From NCBI GenBank assembly GCA_964016885.1, contig OZ024755.1, positions 7,316,001 through 7,380,000 of the forward strand: a DNA stretch of 64,000 bases. Reading direction: 5' to 3'. This document shows, piece after piece, positions 30,250 to 43,374 of the stretch (positions within the stretch are counted from its first letter, which is position 1; each line of letters begins with the position of its first letter). The notes under the pieces are model-generated. The model made no database searches, was not told the origin of the DNA, and saw only the letters and a program-made list of their open reading frames with translations. A program made the position numbers and the translations under genes. Source of the DNA: Eledone cirrhosa. Lineage: Eukaryota.

Positions 30250-30560
30250 TATAATAACTAGAAATTGATTAACATATAAATAAACATGAATAATCACAGG
30301 AGATAATTTTTACAAGTGTGTAACCACACATAGCTAGGTAGGTACCTACCTAGCTATGTGTGGTTACACACTTGTAAAAATTATCTCCTGTGATTATTCA
30401 TGTTTATTTATATGTTAATCAATTTCTAGTTATTATAAAATGCTCGGACCTATTCGTTAGAATCTTAGAGCTTATTTTGCGGGTGATATGGCGCATGTCT
30501 TTCTGGCATGACACCCATAATTTTGATTTAGATTAAATTCATTTGATTTATCTTAATTTT

Positions 30561-30562
<2 letters not shown>
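30250..30562 (+). mobile_element. Fold-back module: 94-bp perfect arms with no loop, plus about 125-bp tail
   Basis: Palindrome 30250-30437 centred on GGT|ACC; (TA)n flanks. Confidence 0.65.
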
Positions 30563-30628
<66 letters not shown>

Positions 30629-30731
30629 AGGGAGTGTAACGTGAAGTTGCCGTAGGTTCACCTAGGTGAGCACTCGAGGTTTAGGTTCACTTCAGTAGAG
30701 AGCTAGACAGTGTCATTACAACAGCAGACGT

Positions 30732-30817
30732 CAGAGGAGCTTTTGATTCCAGGGTCGGGCCAGATCGATGCAGATGGTGCAGATCGAACCTTGAGCTGAT
30801 CAATAGCGAAACGCTTA
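30732..30817 (+). ncRNA. Decayed hammerhead ribozyme with long stem II
   Basis: CAGAGGA-GCTTTTGATT...GATCAATAGC-GAAACGCTTA, in a module flanked by simple repeats. Confidence 0.3.
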
Positions 30818-30935
30818 TCACCAATTAATAAACGTAATGAAGGCTTAACAAATCGTCCTTCTATTATTATCTCTCTCTCTATATATATATCATTAGATTG
30901 AGGAGTAATAATATGTTGCTATATATATATGTATA

Positions 30936-30966
<31 letters not shown>

Positions 30967-31260
30967 TGTTAGATAGAAAAATAATGGTATGTTTATATTT
31001 TTATATTTATTTATTAATATATTTCCTTGTTGTTTCATTGCAGATGATGGAATCCTGATTTTTACCAAAAGAATAATATAAAACCGAAAAATATTTCCTA
31101 AAAACGTTCAACCCAGTCACAGTGATGGGGTTGACCAGTTCCTTATATATGCTGACTACATGCAAATGGAGACGATATTATAATCACATCCAATGTCCAT
31201 CTAGGTATTCCTATAATATATTGACCTATAGATTTGCTGCGTGAGAGAGTATCTAGCACA

Positions 31261-31375
31261 ATGCGACGATTTTGGCGATGGTCACACACGAGTTGGTTAC
31301 TTTTTTACGGAGAGTGGAATTTATTGCTACTCACTATGTACAAAGGGGTCGTCATGTCTGCCGAAATAACTTTAG
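31261..31375 (+). CDS. Putative first coding exon (signal-peptide-like) of the EGF/pentraxin gene
   Basis: ATG at 31261 gives MRRFWRWSHTSWLLFYGEWNLLLLTMYKGVVMSAEITL plus 1 nt, then a consensus G|GTAAGT donor. Phase 1 matches the downstream exons. A polypyrimidine TGCAG acceptor at 31043 suggests the exon starts with 5' UTR at 31044. Confidence 0.5.
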
Positions 31376-31438
31376 GTAAGTCATTGATTTTGGTATTATT
31401 GATATACATACATAACACACATATACCTATTATATATA

Positions 31439-31540
31439 CAGGGTCTCCCCCCAAAATATATATACACACTTCAACAGCATTCTAATAAATATTGCCTGTA
31501 CAGGTAATCAAAGTGTGTATACATTTTGTGCGGACACCAT
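31439..31540. mobile_element. Family E MITE
   Basis: Same interior (CAGCATTCTAATAAATATTGCCTGTACAGGTAATCAAAG), with TIRs and TA flanks. Confidence 0.75.
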
Positions 31541-31711
31541 ATATATATATATATATAATTAAAATTAGAGAAAGAAGCTTTCGCCGCCGTATTTTTGACT
31601 AAAGAAATTTTAGCCTGTAGTGGAGTTTAGAACTCTCAAAGAAATGGAAAAAGATGAGTAAAAAATACGGCGAAAGTTTCTATTTCTAATTTCAATATCG
31701 TTGGGTGTTTC

Positions 31712-31802
<91 letters not shown>

Positions 31803-32095
31803 ACACACACACGTATACGCACACATATTAACAAAATTACTGTTTGACACGTGTGACATTTTGCCAGGTAACTGGACCAACGTGAAATAAAGTGTCACAT
31901 CTACCAAGTAGCTACTACACACCAATGGAAGGTCATCAGATGACAACATATATAACTGTACTCAACGTAGAAAGATGTTAGTCACATTATTGTCAACCTC
32001 TAGTCAGCCTCTAAAAACCCAAACAAGGAGCACCATGAAAACAAGTGCCCCCAAAACGAGGAGAAATGAGGCAAAATGGGGAGCTTTTACATAAT

Positions 32096-32272
32096 TGTTT
32101 CTACTTTTGACACCAGGCCAGCAATTATTCCAGTGCATTACTAGTACTTTATTTTATCGACCCCGTAAGGATGAAAGGAAAAGTTAACCTCGGCGGGATT
32201 TGAACTCAGATCATAAAGGAAAGCATGGCGCCCGACCCTCTACCGATACTGCCAATCCACCACCCTTTTACC
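32096..32272 (-). mobile_element. Family D SINE inserted in a hAT-like MITE, 15-bp TSD
   Basis: GAGCTTTTACATAAT at 32081-32095 and 32273-32287. Confidence 0.85.
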
Positions 32273-32947
32273 GAGCTTTTACATAATGAAAGCTATACTC
32301 ATTTTCACAAGAGAAGATATCTCCCACCCACCCCAAAGTTGACCTCGGCGGGAGTTGAACTCAGAGAGCCGGAATGTATACCATAGAGCCGGAATGTATA
32401 CCATAGAGCATTCTATCCAACGTTCGAACGACTCTGACAATTCGTCGTCTTATGTGAAATTAACAACAGCCTTGAAGTTCCACTATGAATGTTACATATG
32501 AAGGGTCACATGGCAGAGGATGCATACACATCGTACTAATTATCTTAGCCGACAGCAATTAATAAACTGGCAATATGTAGTCGTGTTTGATTTGATAGAT
32601 ACAAATACAATTAATCAATACCTTTAGTAAACATCGATAATCTTATTTATATAATTTCTTATTTGCCTAAGAAATAGTATGATACAATGAAGGTTGTCCT
32701 GAGTTTCATTTAGTATCGACAACAATTTGTCTGTTTAATGACCGGGAGTAGCGTCTAGTGAATTGTTGGCCTGTTGGTATTCTACATCGATATTATGGTA
32801 TCTATCTATCTATCTATAAAGATCGATGATGCTGGTATATCATGAAAAATTATACATCCCATATGTGATTACACATAAATTTCTGCATCCCCGAAATATA
32901 TATAATGAAATAAATAATGATGATATAAAGTATATATCTTTTATTAC

Positions 32948-32999
<52 letters not shown>

Positions 33000-33442
33000 T
33001 TGATAAATGAATACACCGTCACTCCTAATCATCAACTCTTAGCTGGGCTAAACTACTCTCATGAAGTGCTTTTGGATCGCTCGGACTGGCTTATCCCCAA
33101 GACTGGCTTATCCCCAAGGTAAAAACTGTGTATAAGCAACCTATCTTCTACTATAGATAGAGGATCGACTTTAGTACTTGACCGGTACTTCATTGACTTC
33201 GAATAAATGAAAGACAAAGTTGACCTCAGCAGGATTTGAACTCAAAGTACAGAGAGCCGGAATGAATAACGCGAAGCATTTTATCCAACGTTCTAACGAC
33301 TCTCAAATCGTTGCTTTTTGTCCTTTATTACAGTTTAGAAAAACTACACTGCATATGTTAAAATGTTTTTTTGTAAGCTACACCGGACATTAAGAGAAGT
33401 AATTCAATACGATCTCACCCACCGCCCCTTTTCTCCCCCCTC

Positions 33443-33510
<68 letters not shown>

Positions 33511-34049
33511 CTCACCAAATCAATTTTTGTTTATCTATTATTTCACACTATTGAATTTCCCATTTCTCCAGAGAATCTTTACCGTTATTCAGGAATTCTT
33601 TATTTCCTAAATTGTTTCTCGGTAAAATCTTTCACGAATATTTTTATATTGATATTTTATTTAATTCTTCTTATATATATTTCAATGGATCTATTTACCA
33701 ATATATATTTTTTTTCTGCTGCAACGTGAGATAAACAACAGATTAAGAGTAATTCCACATATTGATTTCATTTCATTTTTTTTCATTTTTTAAAAATGTG
33801 TTTCTCATTTTGTTTGTTAGTCTAATTTTATTCTTTAACTGTTTTCAGTCATTAGATAGTGGCCAAGCTGGAGCACGGCCGTATAGTTATTTTTATCAAA
33901 GATATCCACACCAGTATTAATTTGATTCATGCCTGTTTCTTATTTTAGCGATCTCGCTTTTTTCGATTCGCCAATTTACGGGATATGAATAGTAAACGTA
34001 AACAGTTACAAATTCCTACACACACACGTACACGCACACATATATATAT

Positions 34050-34205
34050 AAAGAGAGTCGGGACACCGATGGCTGAGCTCTTGCTGTTTAAATAGCAAGT
34101 CCCAAGAGCTCAGCCGTCAGGGCCCCCGAGTCTTTATAATATAACGGTGCTCTACTACACCAAGTATCGAGTACTCTGTTGAGTAATGGTCTAACCAGTT
34201 TCAAC
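34050..34205 (+). mobile_element. Diverged family B subfamily copy
   Basis: GATGGCTGAGCTCTTG...CAAGAGCTCAGCCGTC hairpin plus the AAGTATCGAGTACTCTGTTGAGTAATGGTC tail. Confidence 0.65.
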
Positions 34206-34352
34206 ATCTTAATTCATATATATATGTAGTATATAAGTGCGAGTGTAGACAACAGACGAGCTAGAAATAGCAGACAAATATCCCTCCAATATATATATTT
34301 ATAGCAACAGAATGAAGAATAACATGGTCGACTGTACAATAGGGTTTATTGA

Positions 34353-34471
34353 CAGTATTAACAATTACAATGGTTTCTTTAGTCCGGTGTGTCTAAAAGT
34401 CACTGATCGTTAGAAGCTACGTCACTCGACCTTAATTACAGTCGATACCCGACCAAATCATCAGAATACTG
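34353..34471 (-). ncRNA. Type I hammerhead ribozyme with extended stem II
   Basis: Minus strand reads CAGTATT-CTGATGA-TTTGGTC..(about 70 nt)..GACTAAA-GAAACCATTGT-A-ATTGTT-AATACTG; stem I is bulged. Confidence 0.55.
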
Positions 34472-34533
34472 ATATCCTCGACACAGAGTACTCATAACCT
34501 CTAGCTGGATTACCTTAAATGATACCTTGTTAT

Positions 34534-34600
<67 letters not shown>

Positions 34601-34666
34601 TAAAATAACAGATTATTTATCCTTATCGAGCCCTCTTTGGATTTTAGTCTTCAAATTTATTATTAT

Positions 34667-34700
<34 letters not shown>

Positions 34701-34705
<5 letters not shown>

Positions 34706-34904
34706 AACGAGTAGGACCCCGACGGCTGAGCTCAAGCCGTTTCGACGGCTAATTCTGGACTATAATTAGTCCAGAATTAGCCGTCGAAACGGCTTGAGCT
34801 CAGCCGTCGGGGTCCTACTCGTTCCTATTACCCACTCTGCTACCTTAAGTATTGAGTACTTTGGTGCGTTATGGTCCACCTGGTTCCTTACCACATTTCC
34901 TTCG

Positions 34905-34906
<2 letters not shown>
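34701..34906 (+). mobile_element. Hairpin-plus-tail element, family B copy 3
   Basis: Perfect 62-bp arms (34701-34762 and 34767-34828), 4-nt loop, then the tail; (TA)n flanks. Confidence 0.85.
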
Positions 34907-34960
<54 letters not shown>

Positions 34961-35558
34961 GCATTAGTCAATTGGTTTGATTTAATTCGAAGCCACATGA
35001 TTGCGAACCACATTCCTTAACCACAGTCATATCACCTATATTATTTCTGTTTTTCACTTTATGTTTTGTTTATTTGTTTCAGTATAATTTATTTACTTAG
35101 GTGTTTATTAGTTATCAGATTAAGTTTTTTTTTTTTAGCTTCGAATTATTTAACATTGATAAAAGACTTTTGGATGATAACAGTAATCTCGAAGTGCCTT
35201 ACTTTCGGTTGGTAATACCACGAAATCTTAATCCCACCCCTCCACTTCAAGATCCGATGATGTTTTAGTTGATTGTTATTCTTTAATTATGCATATTAAA
35301 TATTTTTTCTTTTGTTTTATCGATTTATAGATCGATTTGTTGATTGTTAACTTCGATCTAGATTTATCGGCATCAGCAGTTGAAAGGAATTGTCTAATCC
35401 ATAGCTGATATCAGCAACGTTATTTATCCCATCATTGGATATTGTATTCTTAAGGAAATCTCACAACATCCTCTTTTAAATGAATTCTTAACACGATAGA
35501 ATACATCTGAAATACTAGACACGTGCCAGATCTCATGTAAATGTTAGTCCTATTAAAT

Positions 35559-35790
35559 TATATATGTATGTATGTATATGTGTATGTATATGTATGTATG
35601 TATATGTGTATATATATATATATATTTATGTATATGTGTATATGTATATATATATATTTGTGTATATGTATTTATATATATATGTATATGTATGTATGTA
35701 TATGTATATATATATATATATATATAAATATATTTATGTATATGTGTGTATATATGTATATATATATATATATATATATAAATATATTTA

Positions 35791-35821
<31 letters not shown>

Positions 35822-35832
35822 TTGTGTATATG

Positions 35833-35871
<39 letters not shown>

Positions 35872-36083
35872 GTATATGTGTATATGTATGTATATATTTG
35901 CATGTATATATATATATATATGTATGTGTATGTATATGTGTATATATATATATATGTATGTGTATGTATATGTGTATGTATATATATATGTATATGTATG
36001 TATAGGTATATATGTATATGTATGTATAGGTATATATGTATATGTATGTATAGGTATATATATGTATAGGTATATATATGTAT

Positions 36084-36123
<40 letters not shown>

Positions 36124-36126
36124 AGG

Positions 36127-36157
<31 letters not shown>

Positions 36158-36766
36158 AGTATATATATATGTATGTATAGGTATATATATATATGTATGT
36201 ATAGGTATATATGTATGTATAGGTATATATATATATGTATGTATAGGTATATATATGTATGTTTAGGTATATATATATGTATGTATATATAGGTATATAT
36301 ATATATGTATGTATAGGTATATATATATATGTATTTATAGGTATATATATATATGTATGTATAGGTATATATATATGATATGTATAGGTATATGTATGTA
36401 TAGGTATATATATATATATATATGTATGTATAGATATATATATATATGTATAGGTATATATATATATATATGTATGTATAGATATATATATATATGTATA
36501 GGTATATATATGTATGTATAGGTATATATATGTATGTATAGGTATATATATGTATGTATAGGTATATATATGTATGTATAGGTATATATATGTATGTATA
36601 GGTATATATATATATATATGTATATATATGTATGTATAGGTATATATATATATGTATATATATATATGTATATATGTATAGGTATATATATATATATAGG
36701 TATATATATGTATATATGTATAGGTATATATATATATATAGGTATATATATGTATATATGTATAGG

Positions 36767-36803
<37 letters not shown>

Positions 36804-36828
36804 GTATATATATGTATATGTATGTATA

Positions 36829-36859
<31 letters not shown>
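35559..36859. repeat. Compound (AT)n/ATGT/TATAGG array
   Basis: Direct reading. Confidence 0.95.
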
Positions 36860-37265
36860 GCACCACCCCTGTCACCAATTACCACCCCCACCGTACCCAA
36901 CAATGATAATAACCTACCCTCCACACTCCCCAAAACAACAACACAATGATACTAAATTCGTAGGTGTTTCCTCTGTAGTAACGTGTAACAGGACCCAGAA
37001 GCACTTAGAGACTAAAGTGAAGAATAGAAGCGAAAGTTTTCATTTCTAAACTTCGTGCACCATAAAAAGTAGAATGCGCGCACGCACACACACACACAAA
37101 CACACACACACACACACACGTAGTTAGGTAGGTAGGTACGTACGACGTATGTATGTATGTAAAAGGTAAACAGAAATAACAACACAATCGGTGCAGTATA
37201 TGGAAGGGATATATTAGGTTAACGCTTGATATAGCAGGAAGAGGGTCTTAACGTTTCGGACGCTA

Positions 37266-37465
37266 AGGAAAAGAGTCCCGACCCCGACGGCTGAGCTCCG
37301 GCCGTTTCGACAGCTAGATCTGAACTGTTCGGACCTAGCTGTCGAAACGGCTGGAGCTCAGCCGTCGGGGTATTGACTCTTTTCCTATTACCGACTCTAC
37401 TATTTTAAGTATCGAGTACTCTGGTGCGTTATGGTCCACCTGGTTTCTTACCACACCTTCTTTGC
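37266..37465 (+). mobile_element. Hairpin-plus-tail element, family B copy 4
   Basis: Palindrome 37266-37386 plus tail followed by (TA)n. Confidence 0.8.
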
Positions 37466-37911
37466 TATATATATATATATATATATATGCACTCATGCAC
37501 ACAAGATGAGACACACGTGTGAGTGGAAATTACTTTCAATCATGGCATCACGTAAAGATTTGTTCACCAGTTTATATTCCTAATTAAATCAAAATATATT
37601 ATTTATAAATATGAAGTAAATGCCTAAATATTGAGGGTGCTCTTTTTCCTAACGGGACCAGAATACTTCGGCACGTGAAGTATACATACGTATAACATCA
37701 GATTGCTAGTTGGAAGGGAAATACTGTGATACATTTGTTGTGAAGACGCATGTCTTAGTGACTGAAGCGTTGGTCTTACAATCATGAGGTTTTCAATTCG
37801 ATTCTCGGACCAGGGTGATCGCTGTGTTCTTCAGCAAGACACATGTTTGTGGATTTACATGTGGGTGTATATCCAAGATATTTTCTCCAGCGTTGAAACT
37901 CTTCTTTTAAT

Positions 37912-38453
37912 AATTGTTTCTACTTTTGGCACAAGGCCAGCAATTATCCCAGTGCATTACTGGTACTTTATTTTATCGACCCCGTAAGGATGAAAGGCAA
38001 AGTTAACCTCGGCGGGATTTGAACTCAGACTGCTAATAATAATGGTTTCTGATTTAGGCACAAGGCCAATAATTTTGGGAGAGGGGAAATCCGATTAAAT
38101 CGACACCAGTGCATTACTGGTACTTTATTTCATCGACTCCGTAAGGATCGGTAATTATGAAAGGCAAAGCTAACTTTGGCAGGATTTGGACTCAGAACGC
38201 AGAGGGCCATAATTCTATGCTGCTAAGCATGTTTTCCGACGCTCTACCGATGCCCCCAATCCACGTGATAATAATTGTTTCTACTTTTGGCTCAAGGCCA
38301 GCAATTATCGCCGTGTATTACTGGTAATTTATTTTATCGACCCCGTAAGGATGAAAACCGCGGCGGGATTTGAACTCAGACCATAAAGGGCCGTAACTCT
38401 TTGCTTCACAGCATGGCGTCCAACCCTGTCCCGATACTGCCACTCCACCACCC
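37912..38453 (-). mobile_element. Three tandem family D SINEs
   Basis: Units at about 37912-38030, 38042-38262 and 38276-38453; the last is flanked by a TGATAATAAT duplication. Confidence 0.8.
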
Positions 38454-41400
38454 TGATAATAATAGATGCTGGATAGTGTTTAACTGGTCGTTAATATACA
38501 TGAATGTTGGCTGGAGTTAAAAGGACAAGTCATAAGAAAGGTTCAGAACACAACCAGACAAAATACTTTCCGCTACTGAGTTAAATCATTTAAACGTTTT
38601 AATACCAAATAATGTCCACCTTATCTGTTATCTCCGGATCTCTATAGAAATATGTTGCAGCCCAATATTGAGAGTCAATTGAATAAAATCGTTCATCAGC
38701 TATAAATTTCTGGCTGTTTGCCAAAGTCAGAAGTCGTTGTTATTCTAAGCAAGAGATAAATTATATAAGTTAACTAATGAGTGCACCGTTCATGTTTTCC
38801 TGGCATCAACGTTTCTCTAATGGAGATTATTAAAACATCATAGCATCATAAATAGTAGTGTGTAATTGAGGAAGGAGACCTGATAATTAAGTGTTTGTAT
38901 TGTTCGTGCTTCTATATGAAACGACTTGGAATTTAAACAGTTTCAGCATTGATTATAATCTGACATGACAGATGTTAAAATAGTAAAAATTTATAACAGA
39001 CATCTTACTGGTTTTTCAAGATAAGGTTTGCTAATAAGTATTTAGGCCTGACAGGATCGATTTTTCTCTATTGATTTTGTCTCTTTGATGATTCATGCTG
39101 AAAGGTAAACGCTCAAATAATTACTGTTAAATCATATTATAAAATTGCTAAAAGCTTATGTGTAGGTCTACACCAGTACAAAGCGACCTATAATTTCCTA
39201 CATGGTCAACACTTACATCATTAATATTACATATCCTTAATAGATACACCAATATATAATAGATAGACCATTAATAGATAGATCACTCAGTTTATAATTG
39301 ACAAACGCCGACTCAGTAATGAGTATGGTTTATGCTTGTTAATGCGTTACAGACAGAATATAGAATTTTAGCCTAGCTGATGATTGGTAGCTTTTGTCAC
39401 AACTGTCATGTATATGGCTTTTCTTCAATAAATGAAACGCTGAACCAGAACAATTGTCCGTGTACTGTTATATTTCGTTAGACCATCAATAATAAAAAAA
39501 ACAACAACGTTCGTTACACGACTGCCAGAGCTGAGAGCTTTCAGACAGTGATAACCTGTTCTTAGATTGCATTAGTTCATGTAAGCTTGAATGTTTAACA
39601 ATTCCAGTCTTAGACAAACGTAGTTAGAAGTAAAGAATAAACTAAGCATATGTTCTAATATTTATGCGGTTTCCTTTCCTTGTGTCTCGTTTCAATTTTG
39701 TGTCTTAAATGTTATTCTCCTCAAAATGCTTGCATGTATTGGGTATATATTTTCGTCGTAATGCGTTATCACGAATATGATTGTTTTCTCAGATCAGATT
39801 TAAGGAAATATTTGTATAATAATTTCAGTGTGGGTTTGAGAGAAAGAGAGATAGAAGGGAGAGAAAAAAATGGGTGATCTTTTCCTGTATACAGTCCCTC
39901 GTATAGTATTGCTTCAGTTGCTCCAGTTACTGTGAGGAAGCAGAATATGGAGGAATGGACATAATTCTATAATTTAAGCCAAATGGTAGTTCAGGAAGAT
40001 TTGGGACTAATGAAATAATTATATAATTATAAAACCCACTCTAGCCTCCCTCCTCAAACTATCTTCCATTTCACATAAAAAAATAAAGTTTATAATTATA
40101 GAATTAATATTAAAATGATACTTGACAGTTCCCTCCCACAGATAGCCTCCCACAAGATTGTATTTCATAGGCGATTTCAAGGGTCTTTAAATGAGAGGTG
40201 TCTCATTAGTTTCATTATAAAATAAAATAAAAAAATGAGTGATACTTTGGCGTGTCAAGGATTTTAGACGTGTATCAAGTTGTATCTTCACCAGAAAATC
40301 AGGAGATAAACCAATATATCCCACCTTTTTATATATTGCCAATAGATTAACCAATATATCTCAGGTTTTTTTTATATTCTGTTACCAATTTATTTAGTTT
40401 AAATACATTTAGTTTCATTGCTGTTTAATTAACAAGTAATTAGATGAAAGTAGCTTACTATAATTCATACCAAATTCAACAGCTTTATATAATACATACC
40501 ACATTCAACACAGTTTTCTATGATACATCATTTAGCATAACATTCTATAATGTTCATTACCGTTGAACATTTTACCCACGAATTTATATGTCGGATTACT
40601 AGCTAAAAATAACATGATTATTGATGATGTGGAGTGACCTTGACCAAGTTTCTTTACCCTCTGTTACAATATTTCCAATGTATAGGTACAGTAAATGTTA
40701 TGTTCTGAGTAGAAAAGTGACACTGTCCTCGAGATTTCAGCTTGGTCGCATCATCTAACTGCGACTTATGGCGAGATCAGGGATGTATGTGTACAGCTTC
40801 CCTTACGTAGGAAAGACTGAAATTATTTGAGATTCGAGGTGGTTTTGTTGTAATAATCTGTGTTCACCGTAGATATACTCAGTACTTAAGAAATAAAGGA
40901 AGTATTATATTCTATATAGATTACTAATTTAGATATGAATAAACATTGCAGGGCGACTGCCATAAAATATTCAGTGTTTGGGAAACGACAAGAGAGAAAG
41001 TGGAACATAAAATAATTTGATAAAAACTGAAAGAAAAAGAGGAGCCATGAGAATTGTTACAACGAAGTGGATTTCAAAACTGGGACATCGTTTTAATGGA
41101 TGTGAGAATGTGTGTTAGAACATTAATGGATTGAAATACGTAAGTAAATAGATTGAAAAACTCTGGTGCCTATTTCAGCATCAGAAATAAATTGGTGATC
41201 GATTTTTGGCAGTGTCTAAATTCGTAGTGTTTGTGAGACAGATGAATAATATTTTTCAAAATCAAACCAGAGAAAATTAGCGTCGAGATTATTTCGTATT
41301 AATTTCAGATATTCTATTAATTTAAGAGCTTTCTTCCTGAAAGATAATGGTGATACATACTTTAATAATTTTATCTTATTAATTTCTCATAAGTCCTCCC

Positions 41401-42252
41401 ATAGTTGAGAAATAAAAGTTATACATTTAGAGAAAATGTGTTAATATCTTGTAGCTGATTCAATATATGGGAAAAAGAAAACAACAAGGAAAGGTTGAAT
41501 TTAATTTAAGTATAGATGTATAGAAAATTATTGAAGAAGCCGTTAATTTAAGTTAATGGCTGATAACTGAGCTACTATCCGAAGTTACGAAAGAAGGGGA
41601 AAATGATGTTTTCGAGTTAAAAGGAAATAGCTATTATTTATCATTAATAGGAATTTTGAAATAGAGTTAGATAAACATAAATATATTTAGGCAGACAAGA
41701 TTTGGTGTGATTGTAATAAAGTTTGAATAAATTTGTAAGTTTAGAAACTAGGTTGACAAAATAAATGATAGATAAGTAGTTGGGGGATGTTCTGGTGTAG
41801 AAAGGGATATTTATAGTTAATACAGTTAATATATTTCAAGAAAAGTGGGACACTTAATAATTTGGTGTAAGCCATCGTCATGACAAAATTGTTTACATTT
41901 CGAAGTTAATGTATAAAAACTTGAAACTGTCACCTGCAACAATTTTCGATTCGTTTGAGAATATGTGGCTCCAACATTGAGTCCATACTACTTCAAACGA
42001 ACATGATTAATCACGGAAAAGTGTCGACAACTGTTATACTAATATATACGAATAGTTAAGGAGTTCACCTCGCAATCATAAGGTCTCGGTTTCGATCCTT
42101 CTCTAATTTCCATTTATTTGTTTTCTTTTTTTTTACTGGTTTCAGTCATTGGAAAGCGGTCATGTTGGGAAGTGAGATTCTATGTAATTATGTACTGACC
42201 ACAATGAATAGATACAATAGTTTATAACTTTGCCTAACTTTGCCTATTAATC

Positions 42253-42445
42253 CGTATGGTGAGCAAATGGGGTCCCACATGCTGGCCTCCCCACAGCCCC
42301 GGTGGACAGGATGGTGGCGTTTCCCCGGAGGATGGTAAGGGAGATGCGCTGGAAGGGCCATTCCAACTCACGAGACACACACCTGCGGCTGGCCAGCACA
42401 GCGCCTATAGTGGTGAATAGGAAGGTAGCCCTAGGGCCAAGGACA
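42253..42445 (-). mobile_element. 3' fragment of a CRE-clade (restriction-like endonuclease) non-LTR retrotransposon
   Basis: Translates ...RELEWPFQRISLTILRGNATIL, the FQR-x-S-x4-RGNA C-terminal motif of CRE elements; GC-rich. Confidence 0.7.
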
Positions 42446-42703
42446 CCAGAAGTCTCCACTGTTAGTGAAATTGAGTTGACAGAAATTGTTTGGAAGCCTG
42501 TCAGATGGGCAGTAATTTTAATTCAAAGTGCCAGTTGTCATAGAGTATGTCACACCAAATCTCTACGAGAACCAAGTTAACTGTACACATGTCAGTAGAA
42601 TACTCAGTGATGTCCACGTTAATTTCATATGCAAGGTGTTCCGTTTAACGAACAGTTGGAATATTCCTCATCGAAACCGACGAAGTCTCATTCTACTGTT
42701 TTT

Positions 42704-42850
42704 CTACTGTCTCTAGGAACTATTTCATGTTACCCCTCCAACAAGATTTAGACATGGAGAGATGAGAGCCACCCATCTCTATTGCTTTCCTACTGTCTCT
42801 AGGAACTGTTTCATGTCACCCTTCTCAATGACAAGATTTTGACATGGAGA
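42704..42850. repeat. Local direct duplication, period ~86 bp
   Basis: CTACTGTCTCTAGGAACT...ACAAGATTT.GACATGGAGA occurs twice. Confidence 0.85.
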
Positions 42851-43049
42851 TATTTTCCAGATATTCTTTCCTTCGTTATTTGAAGATTCATCATTTTGTT
42901 TCCTTTTCTTTAGAGTTTGAACAAAAAACTCACATCTTTGTCTTCAATTATACATTTATTTTTCTACTGTTGCATTTTGGTAGGTCCATACTGCTAATTA
43001 CATCACACGCACAGGTTGACATTCACTTCAGTTTTATTAATCGGTTAAA

Positions 43050-43374
43050 TACTCCATTAATGAGAGGATTAATTAACTAAATGTCACCGTATTTCTATCA
43101 CAATCTATGACATTATTGAGTACTATTGGTCAACCTTTCACCTCTTCATCCACACTTACTCCATTAATGAGATGATTAATTAATTAAATGTCACCGTATT
43201 TTTATCACAATCTATGACATTATTGAGGACTATTGGTCTTCCTTTCACCTCTTCATCCACACTTACTCCATTAATGAGATGATTAATTAACTAAATGTCA
43301 CCGTATTTTTATCACAATCTATGACATTATTGAGTACTATTGGTCAACTTTTCACCTCTTCGTCCACACTTACT
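43050..43374. repeat. 107-bp tandem repeat, 3 copies
   Basis: TACTCCATTAATGAGA starts at 43050, 43157 and 43264. Confidence 0.95.
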
